Assembly: GCA_050293845.1 (NCBI GenBank)
Contig: JBNKNM010000078.1
Coordinates: 1-23,097 of the forward strand
DNA from: Pseudobacteriovorax sp.
GTDB taxonomy: Bacteria > Bdellovibrionota_B > Oligoflexia > Oligoflexales > Oligoflexaceae
Reading direction: 5' to 3'
Length of the DNA stretch: 23,097 bases
Position 1 is the first letter of the stretch, and the number at the start of each line of letters is the position of its first letter. The notes under the pieces are model-generated. The model was not told the DNA's origin, ran no database searches, and worked only from the letters and a program-made list of their open reading frames with translations. This document shows, piece after piece, positions 8,203 to 16,053 of this stretch. The translations under genes were made by a program, and so were the position numbers.

Positions 8203-8864
8203 AGACTCTACTCAAGATAGTTTGGCTACCATTGCTTTTTTCTATTGCTTTAGCGATATTAATTCACTTCCTTGGTGGCAGTGAACTTTGGATTAAGCAA
8301 ACAATAGACATACTACCCAATCTAGTTGGGTTTTCTTTAGCAAGCCTTGCTATATTCATCGCATCTGGAAATACGGATTTTATTAGGAAAACAGTGAATA
8401 TTAAGTGCCCTCATGGTGGCTCAATCTATATGTCTATTATCACGAAATTTGTAGTGCTAATCTTAATTCAATTAGTAACCATTCTAATGGCTTCACTTTG
8501 TGAAATTAAATACGGAAATACTTCCTTTGGGGTTTTTATTGGAGAAACAAACTATAAATTAAGTTTTGAGGTAATTAAGTTTACAAAATTTGTAGGTCTA
8601 AATCTATTTGTCTTTTCTTTGATATATAGTATATACACTGCTTGGGGAATTATTCAAATAGCAAAAATGGTTGAATTGTTTTATGGACAAAATCCAAATA
8701 AAAATAAACTTCGCAAAATGAAAATAATTCACATGGAAAATGGAGAAATTATGGAAAAGAATAGTGATGAAGGCTGTTATGATACTGGTGATACTATTCT
8801 ATCATTTTCACACGAAGTTCCAACACAAGTGGTGGAAGAGTATCTTAAAGGTGTCAAACATTGA
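8199..8864 (+). CDS. Multi-pass (about 4 TM) membrane protein, partner of the DUF4747 gene
   Basis: Four hydrophobic segments including ILPNLVGFSLASLAIF. 4-bp TTGA overlap with the upstream stop (translational coupling). Confidence 0.8.
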   Translation: MKTLLKIVWLPLLFSIALAILIHFLGGSELWIKQTIDILPNLVGFSLASLAIFIASGNTDFIRKTVNIKCPHGGSIYMSIITKFVVLILIQLVTILMASLCEIKYGNTSFGVFIGETNYKLSFEVIKFTKFVGLNLFVFSLIYSIYTAWGIIQIAKMVELFYGQNPNKNKLRKMKIIHMENGEIMEKNSDEGCYDTGDTILSFSHEVPTQVVEEYLKGVKH

Positions 8865-8929
8865 TTACCTTGTGAAAAAATACCATCATCGATTTAAAGA
8901 AAGTCCCCAATAGATTAAATTTCAAATAT

Positions 8930-9058
8930 ATGAAGTCAAAAGGTATCCTTGCAACTAAAATCGCATCTATCCTCAACATGTCTAAGAGTCAAGTCGATCA
9001 AAGACTACGTAGTGAGTGGCACCGCGCACCAGCGCCATTCCTAAAAACAAAATTTTAA
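8930..9058 (+). CDS. Small HTH-like ORF or gene remnant (42 aa, MKSKGILATKIASILNMSKSQVDQRLRSEW...)
   Basis: Manual translation; HTH-like pattern ATKIASILNMSKSQVDQRL. Below the ORF-track cutoff and no clear RBS. Confidence 0.4.
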   Translation: MKSKGILATKIASILNMSKSQVDQRLRSEWHRAPAPFLKTKF

Positions 9059-9122
9059 TGCATTTTTCTTAAGCCGCTATTCTTCAATAACAAAACCGCC
9101 TTCGGCACCCATAAAACTAAAC

Positions 9123-9168
9123 AATTTTGAGATTGACCCCTTTCGACTCATATCAGGCTTCCTATGAT
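9123..9168 (+). promoter_or_regulatory. Putative late promoter copy A (AATTTTGAGATTGACCCCTTT + TATGAT -10) upstream of lysin
   Basis: Matches the motifs at 14496 and 22603; the -10-like hexamer begins 40 nt after the motif start. Confidence 0.65.
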
Positions 9169-9226
9169 GGATATGGTGGCTTTGAGTTAGTTAAGGTAAC
9201 GAGCGCAAAGATGCGTCGGTAAAAAG

Positions 9227-9676
9227 GTGGAAATAGTGAACAATCTACTTTTGCAAATCGCGATGGCAGAACTAGGCGTAAAAGAAATACCAGGGGTAGA
9301 AAACAACCCCCGGATTCTCCACTATGCAAGGCAATCAGGACAATATTGGGTGAAGTCTGAAGAAACAAGTTGGTGTGCTCTGTTCATTGCTTTTGTGGTC
9401 TCAGAGTTACCGGAGTTTACTAGACCTTCTCTACCTAATAGAGCAGCGACCGCTAGGGAGTGGCTGAAAATGGGCGTTGATGTTCCATTTGAGAAAGTCC
9501 GCGCCGGGGATCTAGTTATCTTTTGGAGGGTAGCGCCTGATAGTTGGCAGGGCCATGTTGGTTTCTACCTTGGCAGAAAAGGGGATGACTTTCTTGTCCT
9601 CGGTGGCAACCAAGGTAATTCAGTTTGTGAACGGTATTTTTCAAAGGACTGTCTTTTAGGCATCCGTAGACTATAG
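9227..9676 (+). CDS. TIGR02594-family (CHAP/NlpC-P60-like) cell-wall peptidase, probable endolysin
   Basis: AELGVKEIPG..NNPRI, ETSWCALF (catalytic Cys), GDLVIFWR, GHVGFY (His), VLGGNQGNSV. Confidence 0.88.
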   Translation: MEIVNNLLLQIAMAELGVKEIPGVENNPRILHYARQSGQYWVKSEETSWCALFIAFVVSELPEFTRPSLPNRAATAREWLKMGVDVPFEKVRAGDLVIFWRVAPDSWQGHVGFYLGRKGDDFLVLGGNQGNSVCERYFSKDCLLGIRRL

Positions 9677-9687
9677 AAAGGAAATTT

Positions 9688-9978
9688 ATGGAAAAGCAAG
9701 GAATTGAAAATTTAAAAGAGGTGCTAAAGTTTGTAACGGTGCTTGGTGTTATGATCGGCAAGGAGGCTACGGGAGACGGCTTGGATTATTTCGATCTACT
9801 CAAGTTACTTGGGAACGATGAGTTTAAGACAAAGCTAGCCGAGGCTATTAGCGGCATCGAGCTTGTACCGGCTGAAACTGCGGATCTTTCTGTCAATGAA
9901 GGCTTTGAGCTAACATTACTCGCCATCGAAGGAGCAAGGGAGATTCTACAGGCTTTCAACAAGCAACCAGCGGCTTAG
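9688..9978 (+). CDS. Hypothetical phage protein in the lysis cassette
   Basis: AAGGA RBS, 11 nt after the lysin stop; only one short, moderately hydrophobic stretch. Confidence 0.8.
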   Translation: MEKQGIENLKEVLKFVTVLGVMIGKEATGDGLDYFDLLKLLGNDEFKTKLAEAISGIELVPAETADLSVNEGFELTLLAIEGAREILQAFNKQPAA

Positions 9979-9980
9979 AG

Positions 9981-10001
9981 GCGGGGCTTTAGCCCCGTTT
10001 C
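9981..10001. terminator. Intrinsic terminator-like hairpin between convergent genes
   Basis: CGGGGC-TTTA-GCCCCG followed by TTT, directly between the stops at 9978 (+) and 10000 (-). Confidence 0.75.
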
Positions 10002-10239
10002 ATTCGTCGGTTTCACGGCTATAGTGAGTAACCTTGCCATTAATAGACTGACTAAGATCTTGTCTTATTAGCTCAATGAAATCGCCGAACTTCTCAAAGT
10101 ACATTAGATAAGTATCGAGAGTGCTGACCTGTTCACTAGTCAGCCCTTTGATTTGGTACGTTGTAAGGTCACGAACAATATTACTCGGTACGTTGGTCAT
10201 TTGTTTGGCAATGTTTGCCATATACTTTCTTTGATCCAT
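10000..10239 (-). CDS. Hypothetical protein (79 aa)
   Basis: AAGGAG RBS on the minus strand; co-oriented 11 nt downstream of 10251-10754. Confidence 0.75.
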   Translation of the reverse strand: MDQRKYMANIAKQMTNVPSNIVRDLTTYQIKGLTSEQVSTLDTYLMYFEKFGDFIELIRQDLSQSINGKVTHYSRETDE

Positions 10240-10250
10240 AAAAACTCCTT

Positions 10251-10754
10251 CTAAGCTTGTTTTTTCGTATAATGTTTCAATTCGTCCACAATCTTGGTGT
10301 ATTTAGCACCGATTGAAAAAAAGTGATTTAGATAGGTATCAATGGGCACTTCGGCCCTTTCGCAGAGTTGACCTTCTTCCTCCAGTAGGTCCGTTAGTTC
10401 CTTGCTAATAGCGTTTTGCAGACTGGAAACCTGGGTTAAAATACCCTTTACAATTTTTCTTTGATCGCTGCTTAACCTCATCACTCCAAGATTTTGAATT
10501 GATTGCAGACAAAGTGACACATATCCCGATTCTCCTCTCATTACACTGCGAAAACGTCCCGCCTTGTAGAAGCACATAATCATATGGAAGAGGTAGAAAG
10601 CATCATCTTTGTTCTTAGCCTTTACCCCTATAAACTCGCGCCGGTACTGGCTTGTAGGCTTACCCACTAGCTTTGCATTCGTGTAGTTCACAAGCCAAAA
10701 GCTCGCGTCTGTAAAATTGCTTTGGATTTCGGCAATATCTGATAGAATCATCAC
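10251..10754 (-). CDS. Hypothetical protein resembling a single compact TRD + conserved helix (half) of a type I R-M specificity subunit
   Basis: LSDIAEIQ start, FYLFHMI...G...SLCLQSIQNL, then LSSDQRKIVKGILTQVSSLQNAI, resembling the HsdS (P..EQ.KIV..L) spacer helix; GAGG RBS. Confidence 0.5.
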   Translation of the reverse strand: MMILSDIAEIQSNFTDASFWLVNYTNAKLVGKPTSQYRREFIGVKAKNKDDAFYLFHMIMCFYKAGRFRSVMRGESGYVSLCLQSIQNLGVMRLSSDQRKIVKGILTQVSSLQNAISKELTDLLEEEGQLCERAEVPIDTYLNHFFSIGAKYTKIVDELKHYTKKQA

Positions 10755-10930
10755 TAATCCTCGATTGTGTTAATTGCTAATGACAAGGAGTCTAGTCGGA
10801 TATAGAAGTAAGCGCCTTTAGAAATAAATTACTTTAAAAGACTTTAAATGCATATTATTACATATAATCAAATAGTTACATGTATTAAAATATGAGCATT
10901 TATTAATACATTAAAAATGAGATTTGCTAA

Positions 10931-11413
10931 GTGAATAAAATAGATCAAATAGAATTACTAAATATGATGAAAGATTGCTTAGGATCAAAAACAAACATAG
11001 CAAAGTTTCTCGATGTCTATCCGCAAAACATCCAACAATATTATGTGGGAGAAAGGTCACTGGATGATAAGCGAGTGTCAAAATGCTTAAGATACTTGAA
11101 AAAGCACTATCTTAGTTATGAGTATTTTTTTGAAGATACAAATCCATTTGTTAATAAATATTTTATTTCCATATCTCCCTTATTAGATCTATCAAAAGAT
11201 AAACCAAAGGACTTTTTACTTCGGTTTAAGCACCTCATTGCGTTCGTCTACCCATATAGGAATCTAGAAAAAGATTTCGATATAAAGCTTATGGCCGCTA
11301 TTAAGAAATACTGGCCCTACAAAGAGAGCCAGTCAAAGGAAGATAATGGAGTCGATGAAGTCGCAACAAGCTCCAAACAAGAAGAAGGTAAGACTGGCAA
11401 GATGTCCGATTGA
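10931..11413 (+). CDS. HTH (Cro/CI/XRE-like) transcriptional regulator
   Basis: SKTNIAKFLDVYPQNIQQYYVGER HTH pattern; divergent from 10251-10754 across a very AT-rich 176-bp spacer. Confidence 0.65.
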   Translation: MNKIDQIELLNMMKDCLGSKTNIAKFLDVYPQNIQQYYVGERSLDDKRVSKCLRYLKKHYLSYEYFFEDTNPFVNKYFISISPLLDLSKDKPKDFLLRFKHLIAFVYPYRNLEKDFDIKLMAAIKKYWPYKESQSKEDNGVDEVATSSKQEEGKTGKMSD

Positions 11414-13335
11414 TCAAATGCCTTGATATTAACCTGATTCGCTGTACCTACATTGCAAACATGAATAGAACGCCCCTTAGTCCACCCTGCATTAGCAAGC
11501 GTTACGGATCGATCCGATCCATTAGGATCAAGCCTAATAATGCTATCGGTAAGCCCCGAAATGGTAAGCCCACCAAATAGCCTAATAATATCTCCCACGG
11601 GGTGAGAAATCTTTAAAGTCTTATCACCTCCTAGAACTTGAGCCTGGTTGGTGACTATTCCCTTTTGATTTTTACCAGCTTCGGCAACTCCGAAAGCTAT
11701 AGGCGACCTACTAGCCAGAATTCTAACCCTATGGTCCTCCCCAACAGAAAAGCTTGAAAAATCGCAGTATAGATTGATGTTATCAAATGCACAAAGACTA
11801 CTATCAATTTCTTGCCAGCGATTTCGCTCTACTTCATATTGTATAGTCACTTTAGAAGGAATCACATGAAGGCCATGGGCTAATGTAGATGGTACACTGA
11901 TAAGTATTTGACTATCATAGGTTACAACGTCAAAACTATCGACTGACACTTCATTTGTATACATGATAGCTGTTAAAGATGTTTCCGGCGATAAGTCAAG
12001 AATATTCCATTTTATACTATTGGGCGTGCGTCTATTGTAATCTATCCTGTTAATGTTAAATATGTCATTATATAGCTTGAGATGCCAAAGCTGGTTTGTC
12101 ACCGGGATATCAGCATTATGCTGAAAAGTATATGAAGTCATATCCTTTACATCTTCTGATGAAATTATGCCATTTACAAAAAGAAATTCATCAAGCAAAA
12201 CTGGCACTTTATTACCATCATTAGCTTTTCCAAGTAGAGTAAAGGAGTTGCTGTCACTGACACTTAAAAAATCCTCTAATAGGTGATCAATTACTAAAAC
12301 ATTGTTAATATAAATCTTTATAAATCCATTTGTATCAAAAGAGAGGACAAAGTGATTCCAGCGATCAGTAATATTAGTAAGTATGTCCTCATTTACAATA
12401 ATAATTGAATCTTTAAAAACACCTTTAAAAACAAATGCTATACGATCTTGATAGATTCTAACTCTGTATCCAGTCGTAAATAAATCATCGGCTGTGCCGA
12501 AGTATGTATAACTTCCATCGAAATCAGATGGATTAAACCAAAAACTTACTGAAAAACTTGATTCACTGTTAAATAATGGATGTGCTATAGTTAATGCTGA
12601 ATTTTCGAGACTAATACCATTTTGACCTTGAATACCATTCACATATGTTGCAGTAGTATCGGAATTTTTTAAAGTCAAGTTACATGAAGTTGTACAAAAA
12701 TTTTTATCACCACTTGTATCAAGAGTTTCATTAAAGTTCCAAAATACCCAACTTTCAAATCTTGTAGATAATTCTGAATCAGTTAGCGTTCGCCCTCCAA
12801 TCACCGCATTAGGATCATCAGGTGAGCCTATTGCGCCAATGAAAGAAGCTCGTGGACGATTCATGGAAAAATCTCTTCTTAAAACGCCACCATCATTAAT
12901 GAGGACAACGCTAAAATCAAAAGGCCCACCAGTAGCAGGGGTCGTGACCTTGACTTCTTGGGCTTCATTGTTGTCACTGGGATCAATACGCCATCCAGCC
13001 TGACTAGGCGACGCAATTCGTACTTTTTCGCTTCCTGTACCACTGTAGAGTAAGACTGATATTTCATCTAAACTAACTCCTAAACCATGATTTATGCTTA
13101 CAGCCTGATTAGCTTCAATTCCAGTATATTCAACGTAACGACTGTTGATATTGTCTCCAACCTTTTCCCAAGCCCTTTGCATTTTTTCGTAGAGCGGCCT
13201 ACCTCCAGGCTCATCATATGCCGGGTACACAATTCCTAATCGGGAAATTAATTGATCCGTCGTTTGTGAATATATTGCAGCACCGAATAAGATACTTACA
13301 GCAACGATCCCTAAACTGATTTCCTTTTTATCCAC
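11317..13335 (-). CDS. Tail fibre/adhesin-like protein with LamG (concanavalin A-like) domain and predicted N-terminal signal peptide or anchor
   Basis: LamG motifs SFSVSFWFNP, RWNHFVLSFD, IKIYINN, LLDEFLF; fibre-type AGKNQKGIVTNQAQVLGGDKT; N-terminus MDKKEISLGIVAVSILFGAAIYSQ. Confidence 0.7.
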   Translation of the reverse strand: MDKKEISLGIVAVSILFGAAIYSQTTDQLISRLGIVYPAYDEPGGRPLYEKMQRAWEKVGDNINSRYVEYTGIEANQAVSINHGLGVSLDEISVLLYSGTGSEKVRIASPSQAGWRIDPSDNNEAQEVKVTTPATGGPFDFSVVLINDGGVLRRDFSMNRPRASFIGAIGSPDDPNAVIGGRTLTDSELSTRFESWVFWNFNETLDTSGDKNFCTTSCNLTLKNSDTTATYVNGIQGQNGISLENSALTIAHPLFNSESSFSVSFWFNPSDFDGSYTYFGTADDLFTTGYRVRIYQDRIAFVFKGVFKDSIIIVNEDILTNITDRWNHFVLSFDTNGFIKIYINNVLVIDHLLEDFLSVSDSNSFTLLGKANDGNKVPVLLDEFLFVNGIISSEDVKDMTSYTFQHNADIPVTNQLWHLKLYNDIFNINRIDYNRRTPNSIKWNILDLSPETSLTAIMYTNEVSVDSFDVVTYDSQILISVPSTLAHGLHVIPSKVTIQYEVERNRWQEIDSSLCAFDNINLYCDFSSFSVGEDHRVRILASRSPIAFGVAEAGKNQKGIVTNQAQVLGGDKTLKISHPVGDIIRLFGGLTISGLTDSIIRLDPNGSDRSVTLANAGWTKGRSIHVCNVGTANQVNIKAFDQSDILPVLPSSCLELVATSSTPLSSFDWLSL

Positions 13336-13679
13336 CTTTTATTCCTTTTATCATATTGTTCTATAGCGCCATCTTTGAATAGCTCTACTTTGAAGTCCTT
13401 TCCAATAAGCGCGAGGCCAACTACTTTGGATTGCCTACGATGAAACGATGCGGTAGCAATCCATCTAAATTCTTCGAAGGATCTTCCAGGCAAAGATAGT
13501 AGTTCTAATGGTATATCTTCATAGTCTGCTGCGATTTCTATGGCAGCTTTACGAAGGCCATATTTAGAGTACGAGCTTGCTTTATCGGTATACTCATCAG
13601 CTTTACCATCCCAAGGGCCTAGTCTTTCAAATTCGTCATAAACGAGTTTCCATCTAATCATGATCAGTTCATGATCCAT
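13311..13679 (-). CDS. Hypothetical phage protein (122 aa)
   Basis: AAGGA RBS; tightly packed with both neighbours in a minus-strand operon. Confidence 0.75.
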   Translation of the reverse strand: MDHELIMIRWKLVYDEFERLGPWDGKADEYTDKASSYSKYGLRKAAIEIAADYEDIPLELLSLPGRSFEEFRWIATASFHRRQSKVVGLALIGKDFKVELFKDGAIEQYDKRNKRWIKRKSV

Positions 13680-13688
13680 CTCAAATCC

Positions 13689-14357
13689 TTATGCTGTAAA
13701 TGAATAACTAATATTTAAAGCTAGCTGAATGGTCCCACTTACCTGGGAGCTTTTCGGTATATAGATTCTTAGGGCGAAAAAAGCAGCGGTCCCAAGGTTT
13801 GAATCTACCCCAATGGTGCCTTCAAATGGAGTTACTGCTTTCTTAGCAATGCCATTATCGTTAAAAACCATAGCGGTCGCAGCGATCGGAATACCACGGC
13901 TAAGCTCCGAACCTGCCCCGCTATCGCCAAATACCCTTACTTCTGTGGGTCTTGAAGCCCTATCAAAGCGCGCAAGGTTATTTACTTCTATTGGATTAAA
14001 ATCAACCCATAGGCCCGATGAATGACCATCTTGATTGTTTTTTGAACTTCCTGAATTGGCACCCAGGGAGAGAATAGAGTCAAAGTCATTTTGTGAACTT
14101 GAAGAACCACCGTAGATTTGGTCTGTTGAGCCTGTATAGTCACCAATGAAAAGCTTAACGTCTTGTATCGGTTCATTTCCATCATGTCTTACAAACACAT
14201 TTAATTGACCCGTATTTGACACTTTGTCGATAAGCGGTGCGTAAGCTCCATCGGACACTACGCCAAGGTCAGCACCAATGCCGCCACCTGCAAGCTGGTC
14301 ATTGTAATTATCAGGGCTATCAATCGAAGATGTTATAAGTAGTGCAACCATAGACAT
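13689..14357 (-). CDS. Hypothetical Gly/Ser-rich beta-type protein, probably virion-associated
   Basis: 222 aa with composition typical of tail/baseplate accessory proteins; first gene of the minus-strand trio. Function is inference. Confidence 0.7.
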   Translation of the reverse strand: MSMVALLITSSIDSPDNYNDQLAGGGIGADLGVVSDGAYAPLIDKVSNTGQLNVFVRHDGNEPIQDVKLFIGDYTGSTDQIYGGSSSSQNDFDSILSLGANSGSSKNNQDGHSSGLWVDFNPIEVNNLARFDRASRPTEVRVFGDSGAGSELSRGIPIAATAMVFNDNGIAKKAVTPFEGTIGVDSNLGTAAFFALRIYIPKSSQVSGTIQLALNISYSFTA

Positions 14358-14495
14358 TCCTTTGCTTTGTCCAAGCTTCTATAAAGCAGATCCCAAAGAG
14401 AAAATAAAATTTGACCCACCAAAAAAGTTTGAAATATCTCTATTATCTGAATGAGTACCTAAGCTTAAAAATTTTCAAACATATCCAAACAAAAC

Positions 14496-14543
14496 AAATT
14501 TAGGATTACCCCCTAGCAGAGCATCTTTTGACGGATCTATCCT
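14496..14543 (+). promoter_or_regulatory. Putative late promoter copy B (AAATTTAGGATTACCCCCTAG + TATCCT -10) upstream of terL
   Basis: Matches the motifs at 9123 and 22603; the -10-like hexamer begins 42 nt after the motif start. Confidence 0.65.
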
Positions 14544-14568
14544 TAACCCTTGTTGTCGAGGTATAAGA

Positions 14569-16053
14569 GTGAGTGAAGCAAAGACCATAAGCATAGAAAT
14601 CCCTCCACCGCATGGTGATATTCAGCGGCAAATCATGACTTTTTTTAGTCACCCTTATGCTGAAGAACTCTTTATTTGCTGTGGAACGAAGTTCGGAAAG
14701 ACCTTTTCCTGTGGTGCAGCAATGGCTTTATCTGCACCTGCGCTACCGTCATCACGATGGGGCTGGTCTGCTCCAGTTTACCGTCAATCTAAAATTGGCT
14801 TTGACCTCATCCGAAAGCTTTTACCCGAACAGTTTATTAAGCCGAATAAATCAGAATTGACCATTGGAATCAACGGTATCAATACTGACATGTTCTTTGT
14901 CCACGGCAAAGATCCTGAAAAGACAATTGAAGGTGATCGGGTAGACGGCTGGGTCATAGATGAAGCGTCAAAACAAAAACCTGATGTTTATGCTTCCATA
15001 CGCACGACTGTAACGCACACACGCTCACTCGGACGCGGTAAAATTATAGCTCCCTCGACACCGTTAGGAAAAAATAATTGGTTCTATAAAAAATGCATGG
15101 CTGCAAAGCTTGAAATGGAGCAGGCGGCATATGAAGGAAGGCACCCTAAGAGTCTCTTTCTAACAGCTCCTACAGCGGCCAATCCTCACATTGCCAAAGA
15201 AGTAATTGATGAAGCAAGACGCACTCTGCCTGAACGTCTTTTCAAGCAATACTATGAAGCTAAATTTATTGATGATGGTGACATCTTTCAAAATGTTAGT
15301 GCTTGTCTTTTCGGTCAAGAGATTACGACCATCCCCGATTATTACGAAATCTTTGATCCTAAGGCCGATCAATATGATGTCGTTATCGGTGCCGATTGGG
15401 CGAGAAAACCAGACGGCGATTATACAGTATTTGTAGCTGTTGCTTATGGTCATCCCGAAGGTCCCAGGGTTGTAGGATTTCACAGATCAAGGGGTCTTAA
15501 CTTTACTCAGCAAATTGCAAATCTCTACAAGTTTTCAAAACGCTTTTACGGCACAACTCTTATTCTGCATGATATGACCGGCATGGGAACTGCCATTGAG
15601 GATCAACTAAGAGAGACAGACCTACCGACTGAGGGCGTTAATTTTTCAATGCATTCTAAAGCTGAAATGGCAACAAAGCTTATCACAAGCCTAGAGCAAA
15701 AGCGGCTTTTAATGCCTAATATTAAAGTTATTAGAGATGAACTTGAAGCCTATCAGCTTACAATCACAGAACACGGAAATATGCTTTTTGCTGCACCAAT
15801 AGGAATGAATGATGATTGTGTTGCAGCTCTTATGCTTGTTAACGCAGGAATGCTAAGATTTGTTGATACTAGCTCAGCAATCCTATTGCTCGATCAACTC
15901 TCCCCACTTCAATCATATTATGACGAACTCATAGAAGATTCAATTTGGTCGGAAGGTGAAATCTTTACCGACAGTGAAAAAGGACTAATGGAATGGATAG
16001 GAATAACGACAAGGCCCGACATAGCTTATCTTCGTTCGAAAATAGAGAATTAA
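14569..16053 (+). CDS. terL: Terminase large subunit
   Basis: Walker A CGTKFGKT, Walker B WVIDEA, coupling motif PSTP, nuclease motifs IGADWA..DYT, HDMTGMG, MNDDCVAAL; GAGG RBS. Confidence 0.95.
   Translation: MSEAKTISIEIPPPHGDIQRQIMTFFSHPYAEELFICCGTKFGKTFSCGAAMALSAPALPSSRWGWSAPVYRQSKIGFDLIRKLLPEQFIKPNKSELTIGINGINTDMFFVHGKDPEKTIEGDRVDGWVIDEASKQKPDVYASIRTTVTHTRSLGRGKIIAPSTPLGKNNWFYKKCMAAKLEMEQAAYEGRHPKSLFLTAPTAANPHIAKEVIDEARRTLPERLFKQYYEAKFIDDGDIFQNVSACLFGQEITTIPDYYEIFDPKADQYDVVIGADWARKPDGDYTVFVAVAYGHPEGPRVVGFHRSRGLNFTQQIANLYKFSKRFYGTTLILHDMTGMGTAIEDQLRETDLPTEGVNFSMHSKAEMATKLITSLEQKRLLMPNIKVIRDELEAYQLTITEHGNMLFAAPIGMNDDCVAALMLVNAGMLRFVDTSSAILLLDQLSPLQSYYDELIEDSIWSEGEIFTDSEKGLMEWIGITTRPDIAYLRSKIEN

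Noticed and set aside
7342..8864. Calling the pair Kiwa or another named defence system
   Set aside because: Only the general architecture is similar; the motifs fit DUF4747 and no profile search could be run.
9688..9978. Holin
   Set aside because: No convincing full-length transmembrane helix; position alone is insufficient.
11317..13335. Diversity-generating retroelement target or invertible fibre locus
   Set aside because: No reverse transcriptase, template/variable repeat pair, invertase or flanking inverted repeats were seen in the window.
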